Positions 49,883-60,249 are shown, numbered from the stretch's first letter. The stretch: 64,000 nucleotides of DNA from Verrucomicrobiales bacterium (GCA_037439785.1 JBBIVJ010000001.1:97207-161206), one strand, 5' to 3'. Numbers and translations are program-made. Notes: generated by a model from the sequence alone, not told the origin.

Positions 49883-50962
49883 ATGATGTGCTATAACACA
49901 CAAACACGACGGGAATTCGTCAGGGATTGTTTGCTGCTGACATGTGGGAGTGCATTGGTTAGCCCAGGTTGCGGGCGGCAATCCACGACCGCACCAACGC
50001 CACAGCCACCGCCACCGACGGCGAATGCCGAGGCCAAGCCGCCCGACCCAGCCTACCTGGGTCTGCACCGCAGCGGCGAACTCAAGCGCCGGGCGGACAC
50101 ACTGTGGGCGCGGATGGAACGGTGCGACTTGCGTCCTCGTCAGTGCCGCGTCAATCGCCTCGGCGGCGACCCCGGCCTGTGCCGCTCGACGGCTGAGTTG
50201 GTAATCAGTTCCCATCACCCGCACTTTGGCGAGGAGCGCGAACTGGTGGGGCGCGGGGGTTCTGGAACGATCTTCTTCAGTTTCTGCAACTCGCGCTGCG
50301 TGTTCTGCATCAACTGGCCAATTAGCCAGGCAGGCGAAGGCCAAGTCGTTTCCGTGGACGCCTTGGCCAACATGATGTTGGACTTGCAACGAAACGGGTG
50401 TGCCAACATAAACGTGGTTACGCCAACCCATCGCGTCGCACACATCCTGCGGGCATTGGACCTGGCTGCGGGACGCGGCCTGCGGCTGCCGCTGGTCTAT
50501 AACACCTGCGGCTGGGAACGGCTTGACGTGGTGAAGCTGCTGGACGGCATCGTGGATATTTATCTGCCCGACTACAAGTGGGGCGAGGCGGCAATGGGGG
50601 TGAAGTATTCGGGATTGGCCGACTATCCGACCATTACCCAGCAGGCACTGTTGGAAATGCAACGGCAGGTTGGCATAGCATGGCCGGCGGCGGACGGACT
50701 GGTGCATCGGGGGCTGATGATCCGCCACCTGGTGATGCCCAATCGCGTCGCTGGCACGCGGGAGGTGCTGAAGTGGATTGCAGAAAATCTCCCCAAGGAC
50801 ACGTACGTGAACCTCATGTCGCAATACACGCCTGCTTACAAGGCCCGTCAGTATCCCGAGATCAGCCGACGGCTCACGCGCGCCGAATATGCCGAGGCTC
50901 TGGAATGGGCCAAAGAGTTTGGCCTCACGCGGGTTCAAATCCAGCCCTTCCGGCTGTTCTAA
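49883..50962 (+). CDS. radical SAM protein, PflX (COG1313) type, with Tat/lipobox-like N-terminal extension
   Basis: CX3CX2C motif is FSFCNSRCVFC (about 50285-50308). Also contains HFGEERELVGRGGSGTIFF, NINVVTPTH and YLPDYKW. The N-terminus is QTRREFVRDCLLLTCGSALVSPGC. Confidence 0.85.
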   Translation: MMCYNTQTRREFVRDCLLLTCGSALVSPGCGRQSTTAPTPQPPPPTANAEAKPPDPAYLGLHRSGELKRRADTLWARMERCDLRPRQCRVNRLGGDPGLCRSTAELVISSHHPHFGEERELVGRGGSGTIFFSFCNSRCVFCINWPISQAGEGQVVSVDALANMMLDLQRNGCANINVVTPTHRVAHILRALDLAAGRGLRLPLVYNTCGWERLDVVKLLDGIVDIYLPDYKWGEAAMGVKYSGLADYPTITQQALLEMQRQVGIAWPAADGLVHRGLMIRHLVMPNRVAGTREVLKWIAENLPKDTYVNLMSQYTPAYKARQYPEISRRLTRAEYAEALEWAKEFGLTRVQIQPFRLF

Positions 50963-51131
50963 AGCAGCAGGCGTCCTCAGGGGAACCGCGCCCCGTTTTC
51001 GGGCAGGTTGTAACGGCTAGAAATGATTGAAAAGGGGCAAATCAATGTTTGAAACGACCGGCCCAAAAGGGTCAAAAGGTGGGGACCGCAGCCGCGCTGC
51101 CGCCCGTGTGCAGAGGGGGTGCCGCCGTCCA

Positions 51132-51389
51132 TCACGGCGGGTCATCCGGGCCTCGCTCGGAAGCCACGCGCGTCTTCGCGGCGATAAAACAGCCACATTG
51201 TTCGCACCGGCTCAAGGTCGTCAGCCCGCAATTGGCTGCGAACTTCGGGTCGGGATTCCGCATCGCGTGTGGGCAAGCGCGGCAAACGTCCCGTCTGCGC
51301 GCGATCACGTCGGGTGATGCGTTGGCGATGTGAAATAGGGCCTTTGTTATCCCGATCGCACCGTCTCGAATTTTTCCGCAGCAGCCCAT
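51132..51389 (-). CDS. small Cys-rich hypothetical protein
   Basis: MGCCGKIRDG...RRRDVCRACPH...SRCEQCGCFIAAKTR carries paired CxxC-type motifs. The start was chosen at the internal ATG at 51389. Its coding status is uncertain. Confidence 0.35.
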   Translation of the reverse strand: MGCCGKIRDGAIGITKALFHIANASPDVIARRRDVCRACPHAMRNPDPKFAANCGLTTLSRCEQCGCFIAAKTRVASERGPDDPP

Positions 51390-51591
51390 CAAATTCCCTC
51401 CTCTGGTTCGCAATCAACGCCGTTGCTGAAATACGCCGGTGCAAATTGACCGTCATTGCGGATGCACAGGCACTGGTTGAGCCACAGATGCCAGATCATT
51501 GCTGATTCCCCTGGCCAGTTTTCGCCCGGCGCGCCCCCCGCCGGATAGTCCGATTGATTGGGCAGAAACGTCACTCCGTCAGGCGGCGCCG

Positions 51592-51864
51592 GGGTTTTTC
51601 CAAGGTCTGTTTGCCCTGTACACCATGTACCTGCCGCCGCTGTTTCCCACCCTGCTGCGCACCACCGGGGCGGGCTTTGGCTACAACATCGGCCGGAGGG
51701 TCTCGGCAGTGGCGGTGGTGTGCTTCGGCCTGTTCGGCCAGGTGGGGGACTACCGGCTGTCGCTGCTGCTGGCCGGCTGCCTGTTTCTGCCCGCCGCCGG
51801 GGTGGCGCTGCTGTTGCCGGAGCGGCGCGACACGCCCGAGCCGCTGGCCGGGCCGGCGGATTGA
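51592..51864 (+). pseudogene. C-terminal fragment of an MFS-type transporter
   Basis: GFFQGLFALYTMYLPPLFPTLLRTTGAGFGYNIGRRVSAVAVVCFGLFGQ...LLLAGCLFLPAAGVALLL looks like the last two or three TM helices of an MFS protein. There is no upstream remainder. High GC resumes here. Confidence 0.5.
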
Positions 51865-52044
51865 GGGACGAGGACGGCGTGCTCCGTACCGTTGCGGGGT
51901 TGGGCCGGGGCCGCGTCCGCGCTTGACTCTTCGGGCGGGCCTGTTAATTTCTTGCATGAACCCATGAGTGATGGAGTCCGCCGGCCGGTCGCGTGTGGCC
52001 GGTGGGAGACGCTCCGCGTGAAAAACCTGAACCCCAACTGAACC

Positions 52045-54528
52045 ATGCACCGCACCGACTCAAATCCTACCCGATTCGGAACCCGCGCCGTGTTGTCGCT
52101 TGGGTTGGTCTGCGCCGCCCTTACGAGCCACACCGCGGAGGTCCTCTACGTCGAGGACTTCAACACCGACGGCTCGGTGGGACCCAACCCCCGCTACACC
52201 GTCACCGGCGGCTTCAAATCCGAGCCCCCGCACGACCCTTCCCTGGTGGGTGCGGACCAGATCGGTCCCGTGTACTGGGCTCGCAACGTCGAGGTCTCCT
52301 TCGTGGGCGTGCCCGCCCTCACCTCCGGGCGGCGGGCGTTGCTGGCCTGGGACGGCGCGATCACCCCGGGCTCGGCGGACACACTCGGCGGCTCGCCCGA
52401 GTTGTTCAGGCTGGTCGAGAACACCATCAAGTGGCTGGCCAGGGACAAGGCCGGCGCCAGCGTGGTGTTCACGCCCAACGCCGCCGCCGCGCAGGGGCTG
52501 GCCGATTACCTGACCCTGCGCGGCTACGTGGTGAGCGACGATGACGGGGTGACCTCCGACACCGCCTACCCGGCCGATGTCATCATCAAGGGGCCTGGCG
52601 GCAGCCCCTCGCGCTTTGCCCGCGCGCCGCAAGGGGTGCTGGTCTTCTCGGCGCTGGACCACGACGACATGCTCACCGCGAGCATCGGCACCACTGCCAG
52701 TTTCCTGCCCGGTAACGGTACGATCGTCACTCCTGCCCCTCCGGTGGCCGCCGGAGTGCCGGCCACCTTCCCCGTGGCGGACATGCCCTACACCTGGAAC
52801 CTGATGGGCAGCATCCTCCCGGGGAACGCCATCACCATTGCCAACTTCGTCCGCCGCATCCCCCCCACCGTGGCCAGCCTGGCCGACGTCGAGGCGATGG
52901 CGGCCGGCACCAAGCAGGCTGACAAAACCTCGGCCACGGTGACGGAACTGGACTTCTCGGATGGCTCGCCGGGTGACTGGTTTGTGGACAACCCCCTCCC
53001 GGGCGGCGCCACCGGTTTGTGGGGCCTGGTGGCCAGAGGCGCGCTCAATGTCTCCGCGCCCGACCGCTACAGTTTCGCCCTGGGCATGGATGACGGCGCG
53101 CGGCTGCGCATTGATGCCAACCGCAACGGCCTGGGCCCCGAGGACAATGTCATCGTGGAAGACGCCGCCGGCGGGCACCGCGCACGGTACGGCGACGTGA
53201 CGTTTGCCACCGCAGGCCAGTACGACTTCGAGGTGCTGGTCTTCAACTCGGGCGGGGCGGGCGACATTGAAATGTCCGTCTCGACCCGGGCCGGCGGCGG
53301 CGACACCAGCCCCATCAACAGCGGCACTTGGGAACTGCTGGGCCTGACCACCGGTGCGGTCAGCCTCGGCGGCTCCGCCCTCTTCCCGACCATCGCGGTG
53401 GACGCGTACGTGCCCACCGGCCCGGATGAGGAGGTCACCGTGCCCTTGTTGGTGCTGCTCAACGGGCCCACCGACACCCCGCCCGGCTCGGTCTTCGGCG
53501 GCGGCCCCTTCTCCGGCTTCGAGGGCACCGGCTTCTTTGCCGGCTCGGGCCTGAACAAGTGGCTGGTGGAAGACATCGGCAGCCTGGGCGGGTACCGCTC
53601 GGTTCAACTCCGCCCCGTCAACGTCGCGGGCAAGACCAACGTGAAGGTGACCGTGGCCCTGGCCGCCACGTTCCTGGACTTCGAGACCAGCGACTTCCTG
53701 GACATCATCGCCTACCCGCAGGGCGTGGGCGGCCCGGAGGTGCGCCTGGCCCGGTTCAGCGCACCCAGCGGCAACGACAAGTTCATGGTGGACGTGGACC
53801 ACGGCAACGTGAACCGGCTCGGCCTCCAGTTCCAGGACGTGACCTACCCCGTGCCCGCCGGCGCCACCACGCTGGTCATCGAAATCCGCGCCGCCACCAC
53901 CTGGTGGAACGAAATTGTGGGCATTGACCACATCCGCATCACGGCGGGTGTGGAAACCACCCCCATCCGCTTCGAAGGCATCGCCCGCTCGGGCAATGCG
54001 GTGGAGCTGACCTGGAGCGGCGGCACCGCACCCTTCTTGGTCCAGGGCTCGCTGGCCCTGCCCGGCAACTTCCAGGACCTGCTGACCACCTCCAGCCGCA
54101 GCGCCCGCCTGCCCCTGGCCGCGCCGGCCACCTTCTATCGCATCCAGGACGCCACCACCAAGACGGTGAGCCTGTTCGCCGCGACCCTGACCGGCGCGGC
54201 CGAACGCCCCACCCCGGTGGACACCCCCGCCCGCGGCGCCGGGTGGGCGACGTTGGAAGGGAACCGGCTGACCTGGTGGATCACCTACCAGGACCTGAAG
54301 GGGCCGCTGACCATGGCCCACATCCACGGGCCGGCTGATGCCAACAGCAGCGCCGGCGTGCTCGTGAACCTGAACCCCACCCCCGGCGCCACCAGCGGCG
54401 TCATCACCGGCACCGCCGAGGTCGGCCAGACGGTCATTGATGCCATCCGGCAGGGCCAGGCCTACTTCAACATCCACTCCACCGTGCACGGCGGGGGCGA
54501 AATCCGTGGCCAACTGGCGCCGCCCTGA
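52045..54528 (+). CDS. large secreted protein with PA14-like central region and C-terminal CHRD domain
   Basis: Signal is TRAVLSLGLVCAALTSHTAEV. A PA14-like block is YSFALGMDDGARLRIDANRNG...YDFEVLVFNSGGAGDIEM. The CHRD block (about 54157-54525) is LTGAAERP...MAHIHGPADANSSAGV...AYFNIHSTVHGGGEIRGQL. Confidence 0.8.
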   Translation: MHRTDSNPTRFGTRAVLSLGLVCAALTSHTAEVLYVEDFNTDGSVGPNPRYTVTGGFKSEPPHDPSLVGADQIGPVYWARNVEVSFVGVPALTSGRRALLAWDGAITPGSADTLGGSPELFRLVENTIKWLARDKAGASVVFTPNAAAAQGLADYLTLRGYVVSDDDGVTSDTAYPADVIIKGPGGSPSRFARAPQGVLVFSALDHDDMLTASIGTTASFLPGNGTIVTPAPPVAAGVPATFPVADMPYTWNLMGSILPGNAITIANFVRRIPPTVASLADVEAMAAGTKQADKTSATVTELDFSDGSPGDWFVDNPLPGGATGLWGLVARGALNVSAPDRYSFALGMDDGARLRIDANRNGLGPEDNVIVEDAAGGHRARYGDVTFATAGQYDFEVLVFNSGGAGDIEMSVSTRAGGGDTSPINSGTWELLGLTTGAVSLGGSALFPTIAVDAYVPTGPDEEVTVPLLVLLNGPTDTPPGSVFGGGPFSGFEGTGFFAGSGLNKWLVEDIGSLGGYRSVQLRPVNVAGKTNVKVTVALAATFLDFETSDFLDIIAYPQGVGGPEVRLARFSAPSGNDKFMVDVDHGNVNRLGLQFQDVTYPVPAGATTLVIEIRAATTWWNEIVGIDHIRITAGVETTPIRFEGIARSGNAVELTWSGGTAPFLVQGSLALPGNFQDLLTTSSRSARLPLAAPATFYRIQDATTKTVSLFAATLTGAAERPTPVDTPARGAGWATLEGNRLTWWITYQDLKGPLTMAHIHGPADANSSAGVLVNLNPTPGATSGVITGTAEVGQTVIDAIRQGQAYFNIHSTVHGGGEIRGQLAPP

Positions 54529-54749
54529 GGCCCCGCACCGCGTGACGTCGCCACGGTAACAGTTCATCCCCCCAGCGCCGGCTGCGGCCGGCGCTTTTCT
54601 TTTGAGGTCCCGGCGCGACGCCTCACGGCGGCGCAGACTTCTGCTCTGCCGACCGGTCCGAAGCAGGGGGCCAACCCCCCGACCGTCAACCGGCAACGCC
54701 GCCGACCTGGTAACCGCCGGCGTGAGCCAGCGGAGGGGAGGTTCGCCGC

Positions 54750-54953
54750 GTCGCCGCGGCGGCTACCGGCAGCGGGCATCCGGCCCGGGCTGTAATCCAG
54801 AACGCTCCCGGGGCACTGAAAAGTTAAAGCGGGTGGAAAGTTGAATGGGGTGAGCAGGCACCCGGACACAATCTCCTCTCGCCCCTCAGTTCCTGATTTC
54901 CGGAGTTCCAAATTCTCCAACCTTCGGACCTCGGATTTCGGACTTCGGACTTT
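54750..54953 (+). repeat. about 200-bp intergenic element, copy 1 (paralog of 60570-60775)
   Basis: Aligns by eye with copy 2 through gtcgccgcggcgg...gggcatccggcccgggc...tgaaaagttaaag...gaatggggt...cctc.cctcgccc...gttcctg... It ends in the heptanucleotide array ccttcgga-cctcgga-tttcgga-cttcgga at 54921-54953. Confidence 0.8.
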
Positions 54954-55257
54954 CCCCGCCGGCAGGTGGCTGTCCCACCCTGGACCGGCTGGAAGCCGGT
55001 GCTCCAGGGTGCCCGCGCCGGCTTTGCGGCGTCTGGGCGCTTGCCAAAACGGATGACTTGCGCCAACTAATTCACTACTCATGCAACCCCCACCTTCCCG
55101 CCCCGGCGAGCGCCCCGCCGCACGCCGCCCCAGGGCGGGGGCCGTTTGCCGCTCGATTGCTCCCCCCGCGGAGGGTTTGTGGGCCGGGGGCCTGAGTGCT
55201 CCGGGATTCACCCCCGGCGTGGCGTTGCTGCGCACGCCGGTTGCTCCGTGATGGAAC

Positions 55258-58200
55258 ATGCCTGACGCCCCGTCCCAGCCCGAGGTCGTGGCCGCCGCCG
55301 CCCCCATCTCCGCGGGGAAGACCCGGGGAGTGGCTCCCTGGTTTTTCTGGCCATTGATCGTGATCGCCGGCGGCCTGACCCTGGCCGCGTACGCGGCGCT
55401 CCTCCACCACGAGGTCACGCTCAAGCAAATGCGGGACCATCTGCGGCTGAGGCTGGAGCCGGTCCGGGGGGCGCTGGCCCGGGAAATGTTCGCCGCCTTT
55501 TACCTCACCGAAGGCATTGCCAGCGAGGTCGCCGTCGAGGGGGACATCCGGGCGGACAAGTTCCACGCCCTGGCGGCGGAACTGATGCGCCGCAACGAGC
55601 TGGTGCGGAATGTGGCGCTGGCGCCCGGCAACGTGGTGCGGCTGGTCCACCCTCCCGCCGGCAACGAGTCGGTCCTGGGCCTGGACTACGCCCGCAGCCC
55701 GGAGCAGTGGCCGGGGGTCGAGCGCATGATGGCCACGCGCCAACTGGTGGTGGCCGGCCCGCTGAAGCTGGTCCAGGGCGGTATGGGGGTGATTGGCCGG
55801 CGGCCCATTTACGTGCGGTCGGGGGACGGGACCGACACCGTGTACTGGGGGCTGGTCTCGACGGTGGTGGAACTGGACCGGCTGCTGGCGCACACGCCAC
55901 TGGCCGAGCTGGAAGCGGAATTCGAGGTGGCCCTGCGCGGTCGCGATGGTCTGGGGGCGGGGGGGCCGGTCTTCCACGGCTCGCCCCAGGTGTTTGCCCG
56001 GCTGCCGGTGGTGGTCGAGGTGCCGTTGCCGGCGGGCACCTGGCAACTGGGCGCGGAGCCCCGGGGCGGCTGGCCGAGGGGCCGGATGTGGACCTCGCCG
56101 GTGTTCCTGACCGGCGGGGCGTTGTCCCTGGTCCTCGGAGCGTTGCTGGGTCTGGTCTTCCGGGCCCAGGGCGCCGTGCACCAGAGTGAAGCGCTGTTCC
56201 GCACCTTGACCGAGGAGTCGCTGGAGGGGGTGTACCTCATTCAAGGGGGCCGCTTCGTGTACGTGAATCCCGCCACCGCGGCCATGCTGGGGCGCTCGCG
56301 GGAGGAGCTGCTCGCCGCCCCCTCCGCGCTGGATTGTGTCGAGCCCGAGGACCGACCTCGCGTGGCGGAAAACCTTGCCCGCCGCTTCCGCGGGGAGGTC
56401 CACGCCGTCCGCCAGCAGTTCTGGATTCAACGCCCGGACGGGGAACGGCGCCTGGTGGAAACCCAGGGCTGCGTCACCCGCTACCGGACCCACCCCGCCG
56501 TGCTCGGCACCGCGCGCGACATCACCGACCGCTACGACGCGGAGCGTCGCCTGGCCCGCCTCAACCGCACCTACGCGGTCCTCAGCGACATCAACCAGTT
56601 GATCGTCCGCAGCCTCGATCCGACGGCAATCCTCGAGGGCGCCTGCCGGGTCGCCACCACCACCGGCGGCTTCCGCCTGGCCTGGGTGGGCTGGGCGGAG
56701 GGTCCCACCGGGCCGCTTCGCATCACCGCCCACGCCGGCGCCACGCCGGACACCCTGGCCATCCTCGAAACCCTCTGCCGCGCGCCGGACCTGGGCTGCA
56801 CCTTCACCGCCCGGGCGCTGGCCGGCGGACAGCCGGCCATCTGCAACGATGTGGCCCGCGACCCGGAGGCCGAGCCGTGGCGCGCGCTGGCGCTGGAGCG
56901 GGGCTACCGCGCCCTGATTTCCCTCCCCTTGCGCCGGGCCGGACACACCGTGGGGGTGTTCAACCTCTACGCGGCCGAGCCCGGCTTCTTCGATGCGGAG
57001 GAGCTGAAGCTGCTGCACGAGCTGGCGGTGGACCTGGGGTTTGCCCTGGACAGTTGTGAACGCGAACGCCAGCGGCGCGAGGCCGAAACCGCCCTGCACG
57101 CCAGCCGGGAACTGTTCCGCGAACTGGCGGAGACCATCGAGGACGTCTTCTGGATTCGCGAGGTCGCCACCAACCGCCTTCTGTACCTGAGCCCGGCCTT
57201 CGAGCGCATCTGGGGCCGGCCCCCTGCCGACCTCTACGCCGGGGTGGCCCACAGCCTGGACGCGGTCCATCCCGAGGACCGCCCGGCCGTGCGCGCCGCC
57301 CTCGAGCAACTGGAACGCGGGGGCGACTATGACCAGGAGTACCGCATCCTCCGCCCCGACGGCCAGGTGCGGTGGATTCGCGACCGGGCCTTCCCCGTGC
57401 GGACGCCGGAGGGCCAGATTGTGCGGCTGGTGGGCGTGGCGCGGGACGTCACCGAGCGGCGCCAACTCGAGGAACAGTTGCGCCAGTCCCAGAAGATGGA
57501 GGCCATCGGCCTGCTGGCCGGCGGCGTGGCGCACGACTTCAACAACATTCTTGCCGTGGTCCAACTCCAGGCCGAGCTGACCGCCGCTCTGCCGAACCTG
57601 CCGCCACGGGTGCAGGAAGGGCTGGGCCAGATCCGCGCCGCCACCGAGCGTGCCGCCAGCCTCACCCGCCAGTTGCTCTTGTTCGGCCGCCGCCAGGTGC
57701 TGCAACCGCGCGTGCTGAACCTCAACCAGGCCCTCACCTCCCTGGCGCGGATGCTGCGGCGGGTCATTGGTGAGGACATCGCGCTGGAGCTGCTGCTGGC
57801 GGACCGACCGCTGTACGTGCGGGCCGACCCCAGCATGGTGGACCAGGTGCTGCTCAACCTGGCGGTCAACGCCCGCGACGCCATGCCCCGCGGCGGCCGG
57901 CTGTTGATCGAGACGGGCGAGGCCATCCTGGAGGCCGACCAGGCCTGCCCGCAACTGGGGCGCGCACCGGGGCGTTACGTCTGGATGCGGGTGCGCGACA
58001 CCGGCCGGGGCATCGTCCCGGAAGTCCTGCCCCACATCTTCGAGCCCTTTTTCACCACCAAGGAAGTCGGCAAGGGCACCGGCCTGGGGCTGGCCACGGT
58101 TTACAGCATCGTCCAGCAACACCACGGCTGGATCGAAGTCCACAGCACCCCGGGCGAAGGCGCCACCTTCACCATCCACCTGCCGGCCGCCGCCCCGGAG

Positions 58201-58620
58201 GAGGTCCCGGGGGCCGCGCCCGCCCCCGCTGCCACGCCGCCGCCGCGCGGCTCGGAGACCATCCTCCTGGTCGAAGACGATCCGAACGTGCGGGAACTGA
58301 CCCAGGCCCTGCTCGCCCAGTCCGGCTACCGGGTCCTGAGCGCCGCGGACGGTTGGACGGCCCTGGCCTTGTGGCAAAACCACCGGGAGAGCGTGGACCT
58401 GTTGCTGACGGACCTGGTCATACCCGGGGGGTGGAGCGGGCGCGACCTGGCCCGGCGGTTCCGGGAGGACAAGCCCGGCCTGAAGGTGCTGTACTTCTCC
58501 GGCTACAGCGCGGAGGTCGCCGGCCGCGAACTGGACCTGCAGGACGACCAGCAGTTCCTGTCCAAACCCTTCACGGCCGCGGTCCTGCTCCAGACCGTGC
58601 GCCGGCTCCTGGACGCCTGA
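55258..58620 (+). CDS. hybrid sensor histidine kinase (CHASE - PAS - GAF - PAS - HisKA - HATPase_c - receiver)
   Basis: An N-terminal TM helix is followed by a CHASE-like region ([24 protein letters not shown]...GPLKLVQGG). The H-box is [11 protein letters not shown], the G-boxes are DTGRGI and GTGLGLATV, and the receiver is [10 protein letters not shown]...[11 protein letters not shown]. Confidence 0.9.
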   Translation: MPDAPSQPEVVAAAAPISAGKTRGVAPWFFWPLIVIAGGLTLAAYAALLHHEVTLKQMRDHLRLRLEPVRGALAREMFAAFYLTEGIASEVAVEGDIRADKFHALAAELMRRNELVRNVALAPGNVVRLVHPPAGNESVLGLDYARSPEQWPGVERMMATRQLVVAGPLKLVQGGMGVIGRRPIYVRSGDGTDTVYWGLVSTVVELDRLLAHTPLAELEAEFEVALRGRDGLGAGGPVFHGSPQVFARLPVVVEVPLPAGTWQLGAEPRGGWPRGRMWTSPVFLTGGALSLVLGALLGLVFRAQGAVHQSEALFRTLTEESLEGVYLIQGGRFVYVNPATAAMLGRSREELLAAPSALDCVEPEDRPRVAENLARRFRGEVHAVRQQFWIQRPDGERRLVETQGCVTRYRTHPAVLGTARDITDRYDAERRLARLNRTYAVLSDINQLIVRSLDPTAILEGACRVATTTGGFRLAWVGWAEGPTGPLRITAHAGATPDTLAILETLCRAPDLGCTFTARALAGGQPAICNDVARDPEAEPWRALALERGYRALISLPLRRAGHTVGVFNLYAAEPGFFDAEELKLLHELAVDLGFALDSCERERQRREAETALHASRELFRELAETIEDVFWIREVATNRLLYLSPAFERIWGRPPADLYAGVAHSLDAVHPEDRPAVRAALEQLERGGDYDQEYRILRPDGQVRWIRDRAFPVRTPEGQIVRLVGVARDVTERRQLEEQLRQSQKMEAIGLLAGGVAHDFNNILAVVQLQAELTAALPNLPPRVQEGLGQIRAATERAASLTRQLLLFGRRQVLQPRVLNLNQALTSLARMLRRVIGEDIALELLLADRPLYVRADPSMVDQVLLNLAVNARDAMPRGGRLLIETGEAILEADQACPQLGRAPGRYVWMRVRDTGRGIVPEVLPHIFEPFFTTKEVGKGTGLGLATVYSIVQQHHGWIEVHSTPGEGATFTIHLPAAAPEEVPGAAPAPAATPPPRGSETILLVEDDPNVRELTQALLAQSGYRVLSAADGWTALALWQNHRESVDLLLTDLVIPGGWSGRDLARRFREDKPGLKVLYFSGYSAEVAGRELDLQDDQQFLSKPFTAAVLLQTVRRLLDA

Positions 58621-58635
58621 ACCACCCACCGCCCC

Positions 58636-60249
58636 TCACGGCACGGCTCGCAGCACCAGTCGCAGACAGGCCGCCTCGCGGTCGTTGCGCATCAGCAGCC
58701 GGTCCCCGGCCAGGGCGGGCGGATTCCAGGTCTTGGCAGCAAACACCCGCCGCCGGTGCAGTTCGTTCGGTCCGTCCGGCCGGGGCCGGAGCAGGACCAG
58801 CTCCCCGTTTTCCGCCGTGACCAGCAGGTGCTCGCCCACCCACAGCAGTTGGCCGTGACCGTAGCGGCCTTCTTTCCAGCGTTGCGTACCGTCGGCCACC
58901 GCCACGCACACCAACACCCCGTCATCCAGGCCGTAGAGGTGGTCGTCGCGGGCCATGAAGTTGGCGAACTTGGACTTCAACCGCGGCGACTTCCACACCC
59001 GGCGCACGCCCCAGGTGCCGGCGGGGTCGGCCGTCACCTCCAGCAACTCCGCCCCCACGCCGTAGCCGCTGGAAAACACCACCCGGTCCGGCCCCACCGG
59101 CACCGGCACGGCCACGTTGGGATGTCCCACCCCCCACGGGTATTCCCAGAGCACCTGCCCGCTCTCCGGGTCATGGGCCGTGATGAACCGGCTGTTGAAC
59201 ATCACCACCTGCGGCCGCCCCCCCAGGGTCAGCAGCGTGGGCGTACTGTAATTGGCCGCCCGCGTCCCCGCGTGCCAGACCAGCTCCCCGGTCTCAAGCT
59301 GGTAGGCCAAGAGGGAACGGTCCTCCCGCCCGCCGGCACTGACCACCACCTTGTCCCCGATCACCAGCGGCGAACCGGCAAAGCCCCACTCGGGCACCTC
59401 GCTGCCCGCGTCGGCGGTGATCTGGCGGGTCCACAGAAGCCGGCCATCGGCCGGGTCCAGGCAGTGGAGCAGGCCGGTGGCGCCCAGCGCCAGGACGCGG
59501 TTGCTCACCACCGTGGGCGTACAACGCGGGCCCTCCCCGGCCAGGGTGGTGAAATACCGCGCCCGCGCGGCCTGCCGCCACAGCAACCGGCCGGTGGCCA
59601 GCTCGTAACAGGTCACCGCCTCCTCCTCCCCCTCCTGTTCCTGGGTGAAGGCGCGCGCCCCCACCACCGCGAAGCCGGACCACGCCGCCCCAACCGGCCG
59701 ACGCCACACGACCTCGGGCGGATGCGCCGCCCAGTCCGGCTCCAGGTACAGACCGGGGAGAACGCCGTTGCGCTCCGGCCCCAGAAACTGGGGAAAATCC
59801 CTTCCCGCCGGCGGAAGTGCCGCGGCGGGCTCGCCGGCCGCAGACGTGGCGGTCGCCGCCGGTGAAGGCGGAAGCGCGCCGCGGGGTACGGGCGGTTCCT
59901 CCCGGGCGGGGGCCCGGCGCCAGCGCGGTTCGAGGATGGGCATCAGATCGCCGCTGACCCCGCCTATCCGAAACAGGGCCGCGCCCAACCCCAGCACCAC
60001 CAGCACGCCACCGCCGAGGAACAACCGCCACCGTGCCGGCGCCCGCGATCCCGCCACCCACCACACCCAGAGCAGCACCCCGGCCACCAGCAGGGCCATC
60101 ATCGAGGCCAGGTTGCGGCTCTGGTAGGGCAAATGATCCAACTGGCGGATGACCAGCAGGGTCGCGCCCAGCACAGCGACGATGAGGCCGGCCGGCCAAA
60201 GCCGCAGCCGCGGACGCGAGGGTGAAGGGGGGGCGGAACCGGTTTGCAC
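58636..60249 (-). CDS. membrane-anchored PQQ-like beta-propeller repeat protein
   Basis: N-terminal TM helices are LIVAVLGATLLVI, MMALLVAGVLLWVWWV and LGGGVLVVLGLGAALF. Propeller repeats follow (CYELATGRLLWRQ, CLDPADGRLLWT, AYQLETGELVWH, AHDPESGQVLWEY). The start is tentatively the GTG at 60249. The longer listed ORF runs into repeat DNA. Confidence 0.75.
   Translation of the reverse strand: MQTGSAPPSPSRPRLRLWPAGLIVAVLGATLLVIRQLDHLPYQSRNLASMMALLVAGVLLWVWWVAGSRAPARWRLFLGGGVLVVLGLGAALFRIGGVSGDLMPILEPRWRRAPAREEPPVPRGALPPSPAATATSAAGEPAAALPPAGRDFPQFLGPERNGVLPGLYLEPDWAAHPPEVVWRRPVGAAWSGFAVVGARAFTQEQEGEEEAVTCYELATGRLLWRQAARARYFTTLAGEGPRCTPTVVSNRVLALGATGLLHCLDPADGRLLWTRQITADAGSEVPEWGFAGSPLVIGDKVVVSAGGREDRSLLAYQLETGELVWHAGTRAANYSTPTLLTLGGRPQVVMFNSRFITAHDPESGQVLWEYPWGVGHPNVAVPVPVGPDRVVFSSGYGVGAELLEVTADPAGTWGVRRVWKSPRLKSKFANFMARDDHLYGLDDGVLVCVAVADGTQRWKEGRYGHGQLLWVGEHLLVTAENGELVLLRPRPDGPNELHRRRVFAAKTWNPPALAGDRLLMRNDREAACLRLVLRAVP

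Noticed and set aside
49883-51413. Radical SAM gene plus nearby small Cys-rich ORF as a RiPP cluster
   Set aside because: The radical SAM protein matches the PflX/COG1313 activase-like pattern, with no SPASM/twitch extension that I can see. The small ORF is convergent, 170 nt away, with no leader/core logic and no transporter or protease nearby.
55075-58629. 1184-aa minus-strand ORF opposite the histidine kinase. Similar shadows lie at 52060-54696, 31639-34887, 9364-11862, 36024-37568, 3747-5165 and 1504-2799.
   Set aside because: Same reasoning as above. Each overlaps a plus-strand or minus-strand gene with unambiguous conserved motifs and has Arg/Pro/Gly-dominated composition.
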